Assembly (NCBI RefSeq): GCF_036321535.1
Contig: NC_087449.1
Location: forward strand, 23,188,001 to 23,252,000
Direction of reading: 5' to 3'
DNA length: 64,000 nt
Origin: Camelus dromedarius
Taxonomy: Eukaryota
Made by a program: the position numbers and the translations under genes. Below the pieces are notes generated by a model, which saw only the letters and a program-made list of their open reading frames with translations, had not been told where the DNA came from and ran no database searches. Position 1 is the first letter of the stretch. Each line of letters starts with the position of its first letter. This document shows, piece by piece, positions 1 to 13,510 of the stretch.

Positions 1-1303
1 TGAAGAAAGAAAGATACCCCGGACTGTGCGGAGCTCAGCCTGGCAGGGAGGCAGACATAAGACAGTGAGTGTCATGAGCATGGAGGAGATGTGCTGTGAT
101 ATCCAGATGTCAGCTGAGGTCAGACTGTCCTTGGAGACTTAAATAAAATTGGTTTGGAGCTTTCGTCCCAGGTCCTGTGGAAGTCCAATGACCTTCCCAA
201 AGTTTCTGTGAATTCCTCAGGGCTTTTGTTGCTTCTGGCTCTGAGTTTTCGCTTCACTCAGCTCTTTTGCTTGTCTCTGACCCCTGTCAGAACTTGGTCC
301 CTTCTCCTTGATTTCCCCTAAAGTCACTCACTCAAGGCTTGTGTTTATGAAACTCCAGTGAAGTGGTGGGGAGATGCGAGCATCCATGTGATGGACAAAT
401 GGAAACCCAACACTCTTTCAGCCTCCTCACCACCCAGTGCCTAGTGTATCTTTCACTGGTCACCTTTCTCTGTGGCTCCCAGAGCCTTTGGGTTTGGTGT
501 CCTTTTTCTGCCCCAAGTCTCTCCATACATCTCCCACCTTCTTGCTTTCCAATCCCTTCAGAAGCTTCATTCACGGTTTATTATGCAGAGCAATTTCACA
601 CAATCGACTCATCCTTTTGCAGAAAAACTGGCAAGGGATTCAGAGTTTTGGTCTTTTTTTCCCCTCTCTGTTAAGTGGAAGGGCCAGCATAAAAACGATT
701 TGCCCATTGATAAGGAATGGGCCACGTGGACTTTATGGGATGCTTCTGCCATCAAGTCCTCCTTCTGGGTGTGATGGAGCCAATCAGTCCTTGTATGGGC
801 TTTTCCGGTTGCTATCATGGCTAATGAGGCTCAATGTCCACTGGAAGTCAAATCCTCCACCATCTCAGCATTGGTGAGTTCTAACCAGTTTTTGTTCCTT
901 CTCTGCAGCTGTCTCCTGGAGACTTAGATAAGAGTAATTGGTTTCTAGTTGAGGGAGGGGCAGGGGTATGATCCCAGGAGCAACAGCCTTGGTAACAGAG
1001 AGGAATGTTGCTTTTAATTAGAATGCCTTCCTTCTAGTGGAACTGGCATCCTCCCCAAAAAACCATCCCAAAGATTATGTTCAGCCATGAAAGTTTAAAG
1101 GGAAATGAAGGAATAATCTCAGCTAATCACTGAGATAGGAGGTTGGAGTCGTTGCCATCCTCCAATGCCTGCAGGCTTGTCCTAATCAACGGCTTGAGCC
1201 TGCTCTTCTGTGACTCGGGGAGGCCTGGGGGACGTCAGATTTTCTATAAACAAAAGGCAGGGGCTAGGGGACGGGTAGCCCACAGGGTCCTGTTCCCTTT
1301 TGA

Positions 1304-1985
1304 GATGGCCCTAATCAAAAAGAAAAAGGGAAAATAAATGTTGGCAAGGAAGTAGAGAGGTTGGAACTCTTGCACACTGCTGGCGGGGATGTAAAATGAA
1401 GCAGTCACTCTAGAAAACAGTCTGGCAGTTCCTCAAAATGTTAAACATAAAATTACCATGTGACTAAGTGATTCAACTCCCGTGTTTAAATCCAAAGGAA
1501 TTGAAAACCAGTACTCAGATACTTGTACACAAATGCTCAAAGAGGCACTATCCAGGATTGTCAAGAAATGGAAACAACCCAAATGTCCATCACATGCTGA
1601 ATGAATAAACAAAATGTGGTAACTCCATACAACGCAACAGGTATTTTTCAGCCACAAAAAGGAGTCAAGTACAGATACATGCTACAACACGAGTGAACAT
1701 TGTACTCAGTGAAAGAAGCCAGATACAAAAGGTCACATTGTATTTAGTTGAAATGTTCAGATGAGGAAAGTCCATAAAGACAGAAAGATTGGTGGTTTCT
1801 AGGGGATAAGGAATCCGGAAAAGGGAGTGAGGGCTTGATGGGTACAGAGTTTCCCTTTGGGGTTGCAAAAGTTTTGGAACTAGATGGAGGTGATGACCAC
1901 GTAACATTTTGAATGTAATAAATGCCACTAAATTATATACTTCAAAATGGTTACTCTTATGGTACATGAAATTTAATAAAAATAA
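1304..1985 (+). mobile_element. L1 3' fragment (L1MB-like, old eutherian)
   Basis: Typical ORF2-end/3'UTR motifs (gttggcaagga, ctagaaaacagtctggcagttcctcaaaatgttaaacat, ggaaacaacccaaatgtccatca, atgctacaaca, aatgccactaaatt) ending aataaaaataa; subfamily from memory. Confidence 0.85.
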
Positions 1986-3769
1986 GGTTACTCAGACCTC
2001 CAGGTAGAGAACTAGTTGGAAGGGGCAAGGGTGGCGATGGGAGATGAGGAGGGAAGCTGCTGCAGGTCCGGGTGAGGAAGGAGAGCAACTCGGAGTGGGG
2101 ACCATGGGATCTCCGGTGCTGGGACTGCCTGGGACACATCCAGGTGGTGAATCCCAGGCAACCGGACAGGGGATCAGGATTTCAGGGCAGAGAGAGGGAG
2201 GACTGAGGGTCTGGGTGCCGCTTTGGGAGGAGGGGGTGTTTCTACCATTTTTAGTGAAGTCACAGCAAAGTATGATCTCATTGCGGGAGGGGAGCCAGCA
2301 AGGAGAAAGCATGGGGAGGCCAGGGTGAGATATTGAATAAACGCTACAATTTCGAAATACTGGTCCAGACAGACAGAGGACCACCAAACAGTAAGCTGAG
2401 GGGAAAGCAGGGTTAGGGTTGGTTTGCATTTGAAGGATAAGGGGGCACTGACTGGGGAAGTGGCGCTGAGGATGTGCGTACTTGATGAACTAGTTAAACC
2501 ACGGAAGGCTTAGCTCTGGGCAGGAGCAGGAGCACTCCTTCCTCTGAGAACAGAGAAAGAGGATGAGGTCCGGGAGCAATTTTGATGTGAAAGGTGTACA
2601 AGTTGTGGGGCTTCTACCCCAACAAGAGGGCAGGATGCACGGCAGCTGCAGGGTGGCTGTGGCAGGACAGAGCACAGGGCTGCAGAGCATGGAAACATCT
2701 AGGAACGGATTTGCAGGAGGTTTTTACTGGAGAGTAAACTGGGCCTGGATAAACGATTGCCAAGGAGCCCTGAAAGTCAAGAACATACCTCTGTCAGGGA
2801 GCCAAACTTTGTTATGTAATTTTTTTTTTTCTAAAAGCACTAGGGCCAAAGTAAGAACTAAGGCATAATCCTGGTGGGTATATTGTTACAGAAAACACTT
2901 TAATCGAGCAGCACCCAGAAATAGAATGGGAATAGTGAGAAAGAAACACAAGAAGTCTTATGAGAAGGAGGATTTGAAAACCTTCCATATGTAAGCTCTT
3001 TCTTCAAAAGAAATGCTATTTAAAACCATATTGCATATTGGATAAGTAATGATACCTATAAACTAGCCAACAGGAATCATTTTTGCTCTTACATGTGTAT
3101 GGATGTCAAAAAACTGTTATAGTAATACATAGGTGGCATTTTAAAGGCCTATGTACTGAAACTGTGTTTTAGGAAGTTGTTGAGGATTTTTATGTCAAAG
3201 GTAACATTAAAAAACCCCCAAACATGTAGCATTGTACTCATTGTCAATACAGCATAGTAAAAAAAACTATTCTATTAGTTGATTAAGCAAATACTGGGGA
3301 GAAATCAATTTGCTTCATCTACTACTTTAAATACTATATGTACTATTGTAGGTTGTAGCTAATTAATTACAGCTTCAATTGTTACCCTAGAAATTTAATT
3401 TTTTTCAACGAACATTTAAGGCCCTGCAAAGTACCAGGCTTGAGCACGAGAGAGGAATAAGAAATAGTCCTTGCTCTTAGAAAGCTGAAGTCCAGCTGAG
3501 GCTACGGAAGAGTTCATACAAAGATGCAGCTGACGTCCAAGCCCGGATGAGCTAGAAGCTCACGACAGGCGCAGAAGAAAGAGCTTTAGAAGATTAGAAT
3601 GACTGGAGCTCACTTTTTATCAGCCGTGGGAGTGGGTAAGTGGGGTTGTTAAGGCCCCTGGTCACGGTGCCTTGAACTGGGACTTGCCGTGGGTGAGAGG
3701 AGCAGTTATTTCCCTTAAAAGTGGAAGAGAACATACAAGTAGATCAAAAACCATGAACATTCAGACACA

Positions 3770-4262
3770 AGAAAGAAGGAAATCCCACCATTTGTGACAA
3801 CATGGATGGACCTTGAGGGCACGATGCTAGGTGAAATGTCAAACAGAGCAAGACAAATACTGCCTGGTATCATTTATATGTGGAAGTTTTTAAAAGTCAC
3901 ACTCATAGAAATAGAGAGTAGAAAGATGGTTGCCGTGGGCTGGGGGTAAGGGAAGTAGGGAGAGGTTGGGAAAGGGAACCAAAGTTCAGCTATAAGATGA
4001 GTAACGCCTGAGGACCTAATGTGGAACACGGTGACGACCCCTGACCACACTGTATTGTACAAGTGAAATTTGCTAAGGGAGAATTTAACTGTTCTCACTC
4101 CCACCCCTCCCCCAACAAGACAAATACATGAGGTGACGGATGTGTTAGCTAAGGGGAAATCCTTTCACAATGATACGTGTATCAAATCACCACGATGTTC
4201 CCTTTAAATATCTCACAATTTTATATCTCAGTTATACCTCAGTAAAGCTGAAAAAAAATAAA
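3770..4262 (+). mobile_element. L1 3' fragment (L1MA/L1MB-like)
   Basis: aagaaggaaatcccaccatttgtgacaacatggatggaccttgagggc...ctcagtaaagctgaaaaaaaataaaa. Confidence 0.85.
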
Positions 4263-5199
4263 AACCACACAGGCACACAAAGCACGAACAAAGGCAAGAC
4301 GTATGTCCCATCAGTAAAGTCAGGTGTTCAGCCAGTAGACCAGTTGGCTGGAACACTGCGGTAGTGTACAAGGGGGGAGCAGGCTATGAACTGGGGAGCA
4401 TGCCGATAAGAGGATTAGGGAGAGGTAAGACTGAAAGCTTTTATATGGTGTTGACTGATTGGAGCTAAACCATGTGAAGTGAGTCAGCACACGAGAACAC
4501 CTTCCCACAACGCCTGTCACTGAGCAAATGCTCCGTACCAGTCAGTCATCGGTAGTTACTAAGCGGAAGTGTGCAGGGTGAGCTTGCCGTCTCTAGCCGC
4601 CTCACACCCAGCATTTAGAACATTCCTTACTCTCCCCCCAAAACAGTTCCTGCTCCAGTCTCCCCAGCACAGAAAGCGACACCACTGTTGGTGTAACTGT
4701 CCAAGTCAGGAACAAGTCAGGAGCTGTCTGGCTCCTCCCCATTCTTCAGCAGAGGCTTCAACATCGCCCTCTTAGAGGCTCTCCATGAGCATCTAATCTA
4801 AAGGAGATTTTCTCTTTGTCCACACTCTCCCCCATGGGTTATTTTGTCTATCACCCTTCTTTTGCCTTCACAGCAAATAGCCCTGTTTGAAATTATATTT
4901 TTGTACTTGCTTGTTTAATATTTACATTGGGTGCTTTCAGGCGCAGGTATTAAAAAGGCAACTCAAATAAGGACCCAGAGGTAGACTGGGATTCAGGTCA
5001 CATGCCTTCCCTTATGCTGGAAGAATGCCTTATGCTGGTTGCTTTAAGTCTAAGCTTATGACCAAACAACCAGGATGACTTTGTTATGATTGTAATAGGA
5101 TTAAAAAGAAATCCAATCCTAGGACTGAGGTCAATTCTTGGAGTCACATTCATTATTACACAGTGGGGGAAAAGATCATTCTGTTTAATTTATTCCTGT

Positions 5200-5268
5200 A
5201 CACTCGGCTCCTAGGGCAGTGCCTGACATGTAGTAGGGGCCCAGGGAATATTTGGTGAATGAATGAAA
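5200..5268 (+). mobile_element. L2 3' end
   Basis: cagtgcctgacatgtagtagg...aatatttggtgaatgaatgaa. Confidence 0.55.
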
Positions 5269-5557
5269 AATTGGAGCAGAGAGTCTGGGAACCAGTTTAG
5301 AGCCCGCTGATTCAGTGGAGATATACAAATGGCTTACAAATCAGTCACAAAAAAGGAAAGGGATGGATGAATGCAAGTGATCTTGTTTGCTCAGACTTTG
5401 GACTGGGCGACTGACCAGATGTGAAATAGGAGGGAGATAAAGAGGTGCAAGACAGTTCTGAGCCTGGGATCAGAGCCCCAGGCCTCCTTGCTTTCATTTC
5501 GGTGCTCTGCCATCCCAAGCAAGTACTGAAAAGGGGGCTGAGGGCAGAACTTTAGGG

Positions 5558-5787
5558 CAGACATTCTCAAATGGGGTAGATGGTGCCCACGAAGGAGTGA
5601 AAACTGATTCTAGGGGAATGAAAAGAAATCATTGTAGAAATACTACAATGGTTTGTAGCCCTCCAAAGCTACAGCAGATCTTACCCTCTAGTACTTAACT
5701 TCTCTTGTAAGGGTAAATTTTAATTAAATCAAAATTTTCTTTTTATGAGGAGGGTAATATTTAATTTTTAAAAAGAGACAAACACTG
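5558..5787 (+). mobile_element. hAT-Charlie relic (Charlie4z-like, tentative)
   Basis: cagacattctcaaatgggg start, tacaatggtttgtagccctccaaag internal, gagacaaacactg end. Confidence 0.45.
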
Positions 5788-7374
5788 AATTATGGGATGA
5801 AGAGGCCCTAATGAGCAGTTTAGGACTGAAGAAGGTTGGAGGAAATCAAGAAAAATCTCAGATGTGTATATATCTCTGTGTATCCTGATACACACACACA
5901 CACCCCTTGGTTATTAAACAGATCATCTTATACAGTTGTAAGTAATAGCTCTAGAAATATATCTTTCAACTTGAGATCCTTCTTTACTGAAAAATTGAAA
6001 AAATTCTAAATATGGCATTGTATTTCAGACAGGAAAAATGCCACTCCTCTGTTCACAGAGGACACAGATGAGCCCAGGCTGGTCTGTTTGATTATTCTAC
6101 CAGATATACATTAAAAAATGTAATCATTAGAACAGTCCACTGCCACAGAGAAATGAGCTTAAGTGACCTTCCAGGACTTCTTTCCACATACCAGTCACCC
6201 TAGCAGGCAAAATAAACCAGAGTAAATCTGACAAATCTGACAAAATAAAAATATTAATGAGGTTTAGTTGAACATTCACATTAAATCAAGCAGAGGAAGA
6301 AAAACTAGAACACATTTTCCAAAATGTCTAAAATAAATGTATCCAAAAAAGCAGATGAACACCTGACAGAAGAACGAGTATGAGTTTGAAGCCTGTTTCG
6401 TTGGGGCCACGAATAGGAAATTTCCTTGTCTAGCTGTAAAAAGCGACCTGGAACATCCTCAGCTCTTGAGAACTGTCATCATTGATAAGCAATAATGGTC
6501 ACAGGTGTGAAGAGACTTTAGGGAATGAGAAGGCATTGATGGGGCCCTCCTCCAGGATGTCACAAAAAAATGGTGTATTTAACAAGCAATGGTATCCGCG
6601 GAGCAAGCAAAGACAATATTGGTTGCCATGATCAAGTTTCCAAAACCGCATTTTCCCCTTTCAATGACAATAAGAACACAAACAACAAATTACATGCAAT
6701 GCTTGGGGAAGAAGACAAAGGGTAACCTAGAAGATCAAAACTCCAGCCCAAACTTCACAAAACCGCACGTCATCTTCCACAGGAATTGCAGAACTCAGTG
6801 ATGTTTCTTATTTAGGTATAAGCATCTGACTGCTTTCCCCTGAAGTTCAGGAGACCGGAGAGATTCTTATCACAAGAGACACAAAAAACACTTCTCTTTT
6901 TGTCTTTGAGTAGGCTGCCCATATTTTATTTATTAAGCTCTACATTTTGTGATTCTTTTCTTGAAAACACCAAGTTCCCCTCCATCAAGAAGCTAGTGCC
7001 CTAACACAAAGGTTCTCAACTTTCGAAAAAAAAACCCGGTGTTACATGGAGAGGTTTAATATCCTGGGAGGACAGGAAAGTCATTCACTCCCTTCAGGAG
7101 TTAGAGAATAGCCACTTACTTACTATTAAAGACACGAATTTAGATGCTCAGAAGGCAGGAGCTGTGTTCCACACAATTTATTTGCTTTTAATTTTATCCC
7201 ATTATATTCTTAAATTTCTTTGCATATTCAAGATGGTCAGGAAACCTGTGAAGCTGACGTAGCACTGGAAGGCGGCCTCCTTTCAGTTTGGCAACTGCTC
7301 TGCTGGGCTACAGAGTGAACGTAAAGTCGCCTTGAGGCACGAGAAGTGGTGCATTCACAAACCACTAAAGCCAC

Positions 7375-8896
7375 TAAGATGTCTGTTCATACGGTTTATT
7401 TCACTAGACTGCAATTTTATACACAGTATGAAGAGGTTTCCTGATAGCACACATATAGTTTACTTTCTGTACTGCTGAAGAACCAATTTTTTTTCTTACA
7501 TTAGAGTGTAACATCCTATCATTAAAACATTATTCAGTGAATTTTTTCCAACTACATATAAACGGAAATTTACCACACACACGGTGCAACAATGTCTTTG
7601 TAACATATTTGGATCACAACATGTGAATCTAAAGTACATCACTGTAATTAGAACACTACTCTGAAATCACAATGCCCCATGTTGTAGTAGCCAGATTTGA
7701 TTGACCGCTGTATACATCACAAAGCACGTTGGTGGGTATCTTCCTGGGTAACTGGCAGCAGCTTTTAACTATGATTTCAAAAGAAATCTTTAATTAATAA
7801 CCAACATTTTGAATTTTAAAAACTTCTTCCTTTAGGTGTTCAACATTCTTGGAATCAAAATGGGACATTTTAAAATGTAGAGTCTCTAACACAGGGAGAA
7901 TAAATCCAACCCTCTCTTAGCTGAAAGTATGGGGTTGTAATATTAGGTTTCGTAGAAACCTAAAGAAAGCACTGTATGGGAAGTGGAAATGAGTAAAAAG
8001 AAACATCAACTTTCTTTAAAAGCTTCTTGGATTCCTCTGCCCCTCCCCACCTCTGTCAAATGCTGAGAAAGAATACTGCATTGCAAGTCAAGATGCATTT
8101 TTGTGAAATGATGTTCTAAAGGAAATGTATGTGAACAAGTCAGAGAGAAAGATTTCTTCGTTTCCCCATTTTGTGGAGTGAGGCAGTGGGATGGTATCAG
8201 TTAAATAAGAAATAGAACTCCTTAATCAAAGAACCACTTCATTACACACAGAACAGCTAGGGATAACTGCTGACAATTTCTCACGTGTTTCCTCTTCTTT
8301 CCCCAAAGTTTGAGAATGTTTGAAAGTTCAATAAATAGTAGAAAAATAATCCTTTACTTAGAAATTTTGAGATGCATCATTTAGAGCTTAACATGAGTTC
8401 CACACAGCAACTGTGGTAGCCAGGTACCGCTGAGAAACCAGGTGAAATCTTCAAAGCGCACATTTCTCTCTGGATGTGCTGGGTTCCCATCTCCGAGAAT
8501 GCAGATTTTGCTCTCTTCCAGTTAAAGAGAGCCCAGTGTTTCTGGCTCCTGGGAACACTCCTCTGGCTCAGCTTAACGAAGGTTCCCAATGTTTCATGTG
8601 TAGGTTTCCCCTCTGCTGAGAGGTCTACCTCCTGTTCATTCTGTTGGTATCATGGCGGGTTCACTCATCGGACTTACTTCCCCTCCACCTCACAGCCAGC
8701 CTCACATCTTCACGAATGCGATTCTCCTGTTGTTTCTCTGGTGGTGAAGGATGCTGACGGGCAGGAAATGAGTTAAACAACTCTGGGCAGAGCACAGACA
8801 CAGGGGGTCTCTTGCTGTGGATTTTACGCTGGCTCTGGTTCCCTCCAGAACATTCTGTATCTCCCCGTCCCGTCTTCTGATGGAGGTGAGGGGCCG
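7375..8896 (-). other. CACHD1: CACHD1 3'UTR (about 1.5 kb, no recognisable repeats)
   Basis: Runs from the stop codon to the first minus-strand AATAAA that has a downstream GT-rich element; cleavage position approximate. Confidence 0.7.
7395..7400 (-). terminator. Poly(A) signal AATAAA (probable main site)
   Basis: Plus-strand tttatt; in the transcript it has an upstream TGTA (tgtgtataaa) and a downstream tagtggctttagtggtttgtg GU-rich element. Confidence 0.7.
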
Positions 8897-9135
8897 TTAG
8901 CATTCCGCGTCGACAGTGTGTACGGTCACGGCCGCCTGCAGGTGGTGGCTGTGATGGAGCGTGGGGTGGTGCAGGCGGTAGTGGTGGAACTTGTGACTTA
9001 AGAGGGCAGCAGTCTGAGGCGGGGTGTCCAGCTCCAAGTCCTCATCGTGGTTCCCCACGTCCACCCCGGCCGACAAGGGGTCGCTGGTGCACGGGGGGTT
9101 TTCACTGTCTTCCTGGGGGCTCATGGTGCTGTAAC
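8897..9135 (-). CDS. CACHD1: CACHD1 exon 27 coding part: (G)YSTMSPQEDSENPP...HHSHHLQAAVTVHTVDAEC*
   Basis: ttgtag| acceptor; TAA stop at 8897-8899; 239 nt; ORF 8897..9124. Confidence 0.97.
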
Positions 9136-9287
9136 CTACAAAAGGAATGGAACAAACAAGCAGCTGAGAGCGTCCAGATGCAGGGAGGAGATGGCACTTC
9201 TGATTTCTGAGGCATTGGGAGGTGTTCCTACCTTTGTACGGCGTAAGTGCCCACGTTTCAGGCTGCCATCTGATGCTGAAATGACTT

Positions 9288-9453
9288 TTTTTTTTCTTTT
9301 CGAAGGAGTGAGGGGGTGGGGGAGGGAAAGGGTGAGGTGGTAATTTAGGTTTATTTTTAATTAATTTTTTTTAATGGAGGTACTGGGGAATTGAACCCAG
9401 GACCTCGTGCATGCTAAGCATGTGCTCTACCACTCAGCTATACCCTCCCCACT
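9288..9453 (-). mobile_element. tRNA-Ala(AGC)-derived SINE (camelid Vic-1-like)
   Basis: Head ggggagggtatagctgagtggtagagcacatgcttagcatgcacgaggtcctgggttcaattccccagtacctcca, then A-rich/aaacctaaattacc tail and polyA; TSD tgaaatgactt (9277-9287) / tgaagtgactt (9454-9464). Confidence 0.85.
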
Positions 9454-10384
9454 TGAAGTGACTTAATTTTAAAGAGATCTTTCCTTTACTGTTTTCTTAA
9501 AGCAGTTACACAATAAACACATAATCATTTTAGACAATATAAACAAGGACCATTTCCCCAAATCCCCAAACCAAGAAAATAGAACCTCCAGTCCTGTCTG
9601 ATCCGTAGATAACAACTGACATTTGGGGAAATATCCTCCTACACTTCTCCCTGAAATAAGATTAAGATTTTTTTTAAAAAAAATTTTAGAGAGAGAAAAA
9701 AAAAAAGCTTCCAGAAAAAGGTCCTAACAGGACTCAGATCAGTCAGGGGCTGACGGGGGAAGCTGACCTTCCAAAAGCCTGAATGTGATGTCACAGTAAG
9801 GACACAGCTGCCACCATCATCTGCACACCTGCTGTGCGGCAGGCACTGATGTCACGTAATCCCTACGCAGCAAAAAGGCATGGACCGTAGCAGCCATTCT
9901 GCAGGTGAGGGAAACGATGATCAGATAAGCTCCAGTCCCTAACGAAACACCAACTCTACACACATCCATAACAGCTAGCAAAGGAATCAACTATTCTCTG
10001 TGTAAGCTGTTCACTGTATTTAAAGATTAATTTTTTTTAGTATTCTAAGTAATACATGTTTCAAAAGAAAATGCCCTTGCTGATCAAAGGATTCCATTCC
10101 AAGAACCTTGGCTTGTTTTTAAATATTGCAAAAAAAAAGATCCCCTTTAAGAATTTTGAAAAGTGACAGCTCATTAACATTTCTGCTGCATCTGCAGTCA
10201 GCATCAGTCAGCACTCACCCGTGGGCAGTGCTAGTCACAGTCATGGCTGCAAAACTGACGTGCTTGCATGCAGCCAAGCAGGAATAGTTTGTGGGTGAAA
10301 ATGCATGCTTCATGCAAAAATAAGAAAGGCGATTCTCTGTCCTCAATGAAGTGTGGCTCAAATGGCAGTCCAACTCCACAAATC

Positions 10385-11110
10385 TTTATGGGGCACCTAC
10401 TAGATACAAGACACTGTATTGGGCACTGCAGGAGATGCCAAGATGAAAACCTGATCCCTGTACTAGGACCTCATAAGCCAGTGCTCAAGAAATAAAACAA
10501 GCACAAGCACAGTTCAATGCAATTATTCATTATTGAAGACCATCATGAGGCTAAAAGGCGAGACTACAAAACATGAATAAAGGATGTCTCTCTTCCTTAA
10601 GGATCCCACCACTGAGTAAAAGACACATATTTACAAAGTTAGGCTTAGCCAAGTGCAGATAATGGTTAAGAGCTATAATTGAGGTATAAATGAAATGCAG
10701 AACAGGAATAACTAGTTCTGGCTGGGAGAAATGGGAAAGCTTCACAGAAGAACTCATACTGCTGTTGGGCTTAAGTGGATGAGTAGGAGTTTGGTTAAGC
10801 GGATCTGAGCAAGGGAACAGATGAGCATGGCCAAGAGGTGTAGAAATACCAGGGCACTCCTATGCCAGGTGGCTGGGATAAGTGCTAGCAGGTGGCCAGA
10901 GAGGGCAGGTGGAAGGCAGAAAGATGAGTTAAAGGCAGATCATACAGGCCATAGCAACACGTGGAAAATTAGGAGACGATACAAGATTTTGAGCAGACCA
11001 AAAAAAAAAAAGGCATGATTATTTGAGTATTTTAAAAAGAGTTCTGATAGCAGTTTGGAAGTTACTACAACAGCCCATTTGAGGGATGCTGTTGAAACTA
11101 TGGGGTTGGA
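10385..11110 (-). mobile_element. L2 fragments
   Basis: ttatggggcacctactagatacaagacactgtattgggcactgcaggaga; ggcttaagtggatgagtaggagttt; gcagatcatacaggcc. Confidence 0.55.
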
Positions 11111-11496
11111 AAGACATCTCTAGGGTAAAAACAGAAGTTAGTAAGTAATTTGATATAGGGGGCTAGGGGTCAGGGGTGGTTAAAGAGGACTGCAACTTAC
11201 AGTCAGAATGATGAGAGGAGACTCGGAAACCCTGGGTCTCAGGGAAGGAAGTGAGTTTTATTTTTGCACACCTTGATTTTGAGAGTTTGTGAGTTAACAT
11301 ACGTGCAGATATCCAGCCAGAGCCACAGGCATGCCGGCCATAAGTCAGGGCAGAAGAGGGAGAGCTCACTGCTGCGTGTCTGCCATGACTGAGTGCCCTG
11401 CTGGTGCCAGATGCCAGGCTGGGGGCTCAACAGAAAAAGGGGTGAGGTGGGGCCCCAGCTCCTGAGAAGCCCACAGTCAAGAAGGGGGAACACAGT

Positions 11497-11626
11497 AGGG
11501 AGGGTATAGTTCACTGGTTGAGTGCGTGCTTGGCATGCATGAGGTCCTGGGTTCAATCCCCAGTACCTCCGTTAAAAAAAATTTTAAAATAGATCTAATC
11601 CCCCTCCCCACCCAAATTTTTAAAAA
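11497..11626 (+). mobile_element. tRNA-Ala-derived SINE (camelid Vic-1-like)
   Basis: gggagggtatagttcactggttgagtgcgtgcttggcatgcatgaggtcctgggttcaatccccagtacctcc plus A-rich tail; imperfect TSD gggaacacag / gggaaacacag. Confidence 0.85.
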
Positions 11627-13254
11627 AGGCGGCGGGAAACACAGGCGCTGACCCAGAGACATACCAAAGGAATTCCAAAGCCAACGAACTTGGCTTAGGA
11701 TCCCAGAGGAGGTGACACTTAAGATGGCCCTCGTGGGAGAGAAGGGGTTCACGAGGAAAAGGGGTGGAAGGTACTACAGGCAGGGAGACCGGCGTATGCA
11801 AAGATGCAGCCGACACGAAGGTTCTGAGGACCTGAGGAAATGGTGAAGAGCTCCGTGGGTGGGAGAAAGAGCAAGGGGTGAGGCTGGACCGGCAGGCTAA
11901 GACCGGGTCAGGAAGGCTGGTCCAAGCTGTGAGTTAGGACTCGGCAACGGGCTCGGAGGGGTGGGAGGATGGCAGTGACACAACGTGTGCACAGAGACGA
12001 TCCTTGTGGCAGTGAGGGGGCTGGACAGACCAGAGGACGGGGCTCTGCAGCACCGGCCCGAGGAAATGGCAAAGCCCTGCAGCGGGACATGCAGCTGTTC
12101 CAGTGCAGAGAGTGCTGGCTTCGGTGATCAGACCGACTTCCTGGTGAAGACGCCAGAGGGGTTAACACCCTTGAGGTTTCTCGGAGCGCAGGTAAAAGTG
12201 GTGCTTTTACCCAAGAGCGCGAGATCAGGAGCCAGAATGAGCTTCTCAGCTTCCACAGCGCTAAGTCTGGAATGTAACGCAGGCTCTAAAACCTCACTTA
12301 CAAATGCTCTACACATAAGGGACTAAAGCACTAGAAAACACGTTTTAGCAAAATCTCAGTGTCTGTGTGTCGATTATTTTTGGCCAACCTTTCTAGTGCT
12401 GGGCTGTCTTCATCTGGCCTCCGGTTGCCTCCTGGAGGTCTTCCTGTCTCTGCTCATTTACAGGCTCCCACTGTGACAGACAGTTCATTTTCACAGCCCC
12501 GGTGTAAAATTTACAGGGGTCCTGCTGCCTGGCTCACCCCCACCACCTTCCCTCATCTTGCTCTTGTGCTTCATGCTCAGTGTGAAGGTCTTTTCTGGGA
12601 AGCCTTCCCAACCAACACCCACCCTGCCCAGCCACGTCAGCCCACGGGGTTCTGGCGTCCCTTCTGCGAGTTTAAACAGCATTCTGTGCACAGCCCAATC
12701 TTAGATTTCACTGCTTCACAATAAGGTATAGGGCTGTCCTGTCTGTTAGCAAACTCCTTCTTAACAAGGACTTATGCCTCACACAAAGCAGGCACTTAAT
12801 TAAAAAGAAATCACATACTATTTCCTTAAGCAATGGCATAAATAAGTTTCTCAGGGATCTGAGGTTTCTGTCTGGTGTGACAATTACCAGTCTCATCTAG
12901 TAATGAAGACCTTCTAGGATTCACTAGGCCCCATCTGGGGCTGTGACTTAAGAGTCCAGGGATGCTCTCAGTCTGGCTGGTCCCAGGCCCAGGGTGTTCG
13001 TGATGGTGCAGCTGTCCCCGAGGCAACGTGGGGGCACCCCCATTTCCCCTGATGCTTTCTGATGAGAGCAGAGACCCTTCCACAGTGAACCCTTCACTCT
13101 GGGGCAACTGTGCTTTATTTCCTCCGTGGGACACTATTGCTCAACCCCTCTGCCACTTACTCAGGCTTCCTCTTATCTCAGTAATTAATGGGAATCTGGA
13201 GGGAGTAGGACGTTGTGGAGAGGCAGGAGAAAGCCAAACCCATGCTCTCACTTA

Positions 13255-13510
13255 GCAAATTAATTGAGTGTTTCCTGAGTGCCAGGCCATTCTGTGGGGT
13301 GCTGGGGACAGTGATGCATCAGACAGACATGGTCCCTGACTCATGGAGGAGGAAGCACTATTTACAACACAGAGGATATTTACAAATACTTCTCAAGAAG
13401 AACTTTACTATCCAAAAGAACATGCAGAAAAGTTCCTGCCAAGACAATGTTAAGGGAGAAATAGGTTTCAGGAGGGAGGCCAGGCATCCATTAGGAAGAG
13501 AAGAGTTAAA
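13255..13510 (-). mobile_element. L2 3' fragment
   Basis: caaattaattgagtgtttcctgagtgccaggccattctgtggggtgctggggacagtgatg...agacatggtccctgactcatggag. Confidence 0.6.

Noticed and set aside
332-877. Cluster of overlapping 69-146 aa ORFs on both strands downstream of the gene
   Set aside because: No recognisable protein, splice structure or retrocopy hallmarks (poly(A), TSD). Overlapping ORFs of this length are expected by chance in GC-moderate DNA.
9375-9450. Apparent tRNA-Ala(AGC) gene (also heads at 11497, 14245, 21571)
   Set aside because: Each has a SINE tail, poly(A) and mostly TSDs, carries D/T-arm substitutions, and occurs in four diverged copies. These are retroposed SINEs, not tRNA genes.
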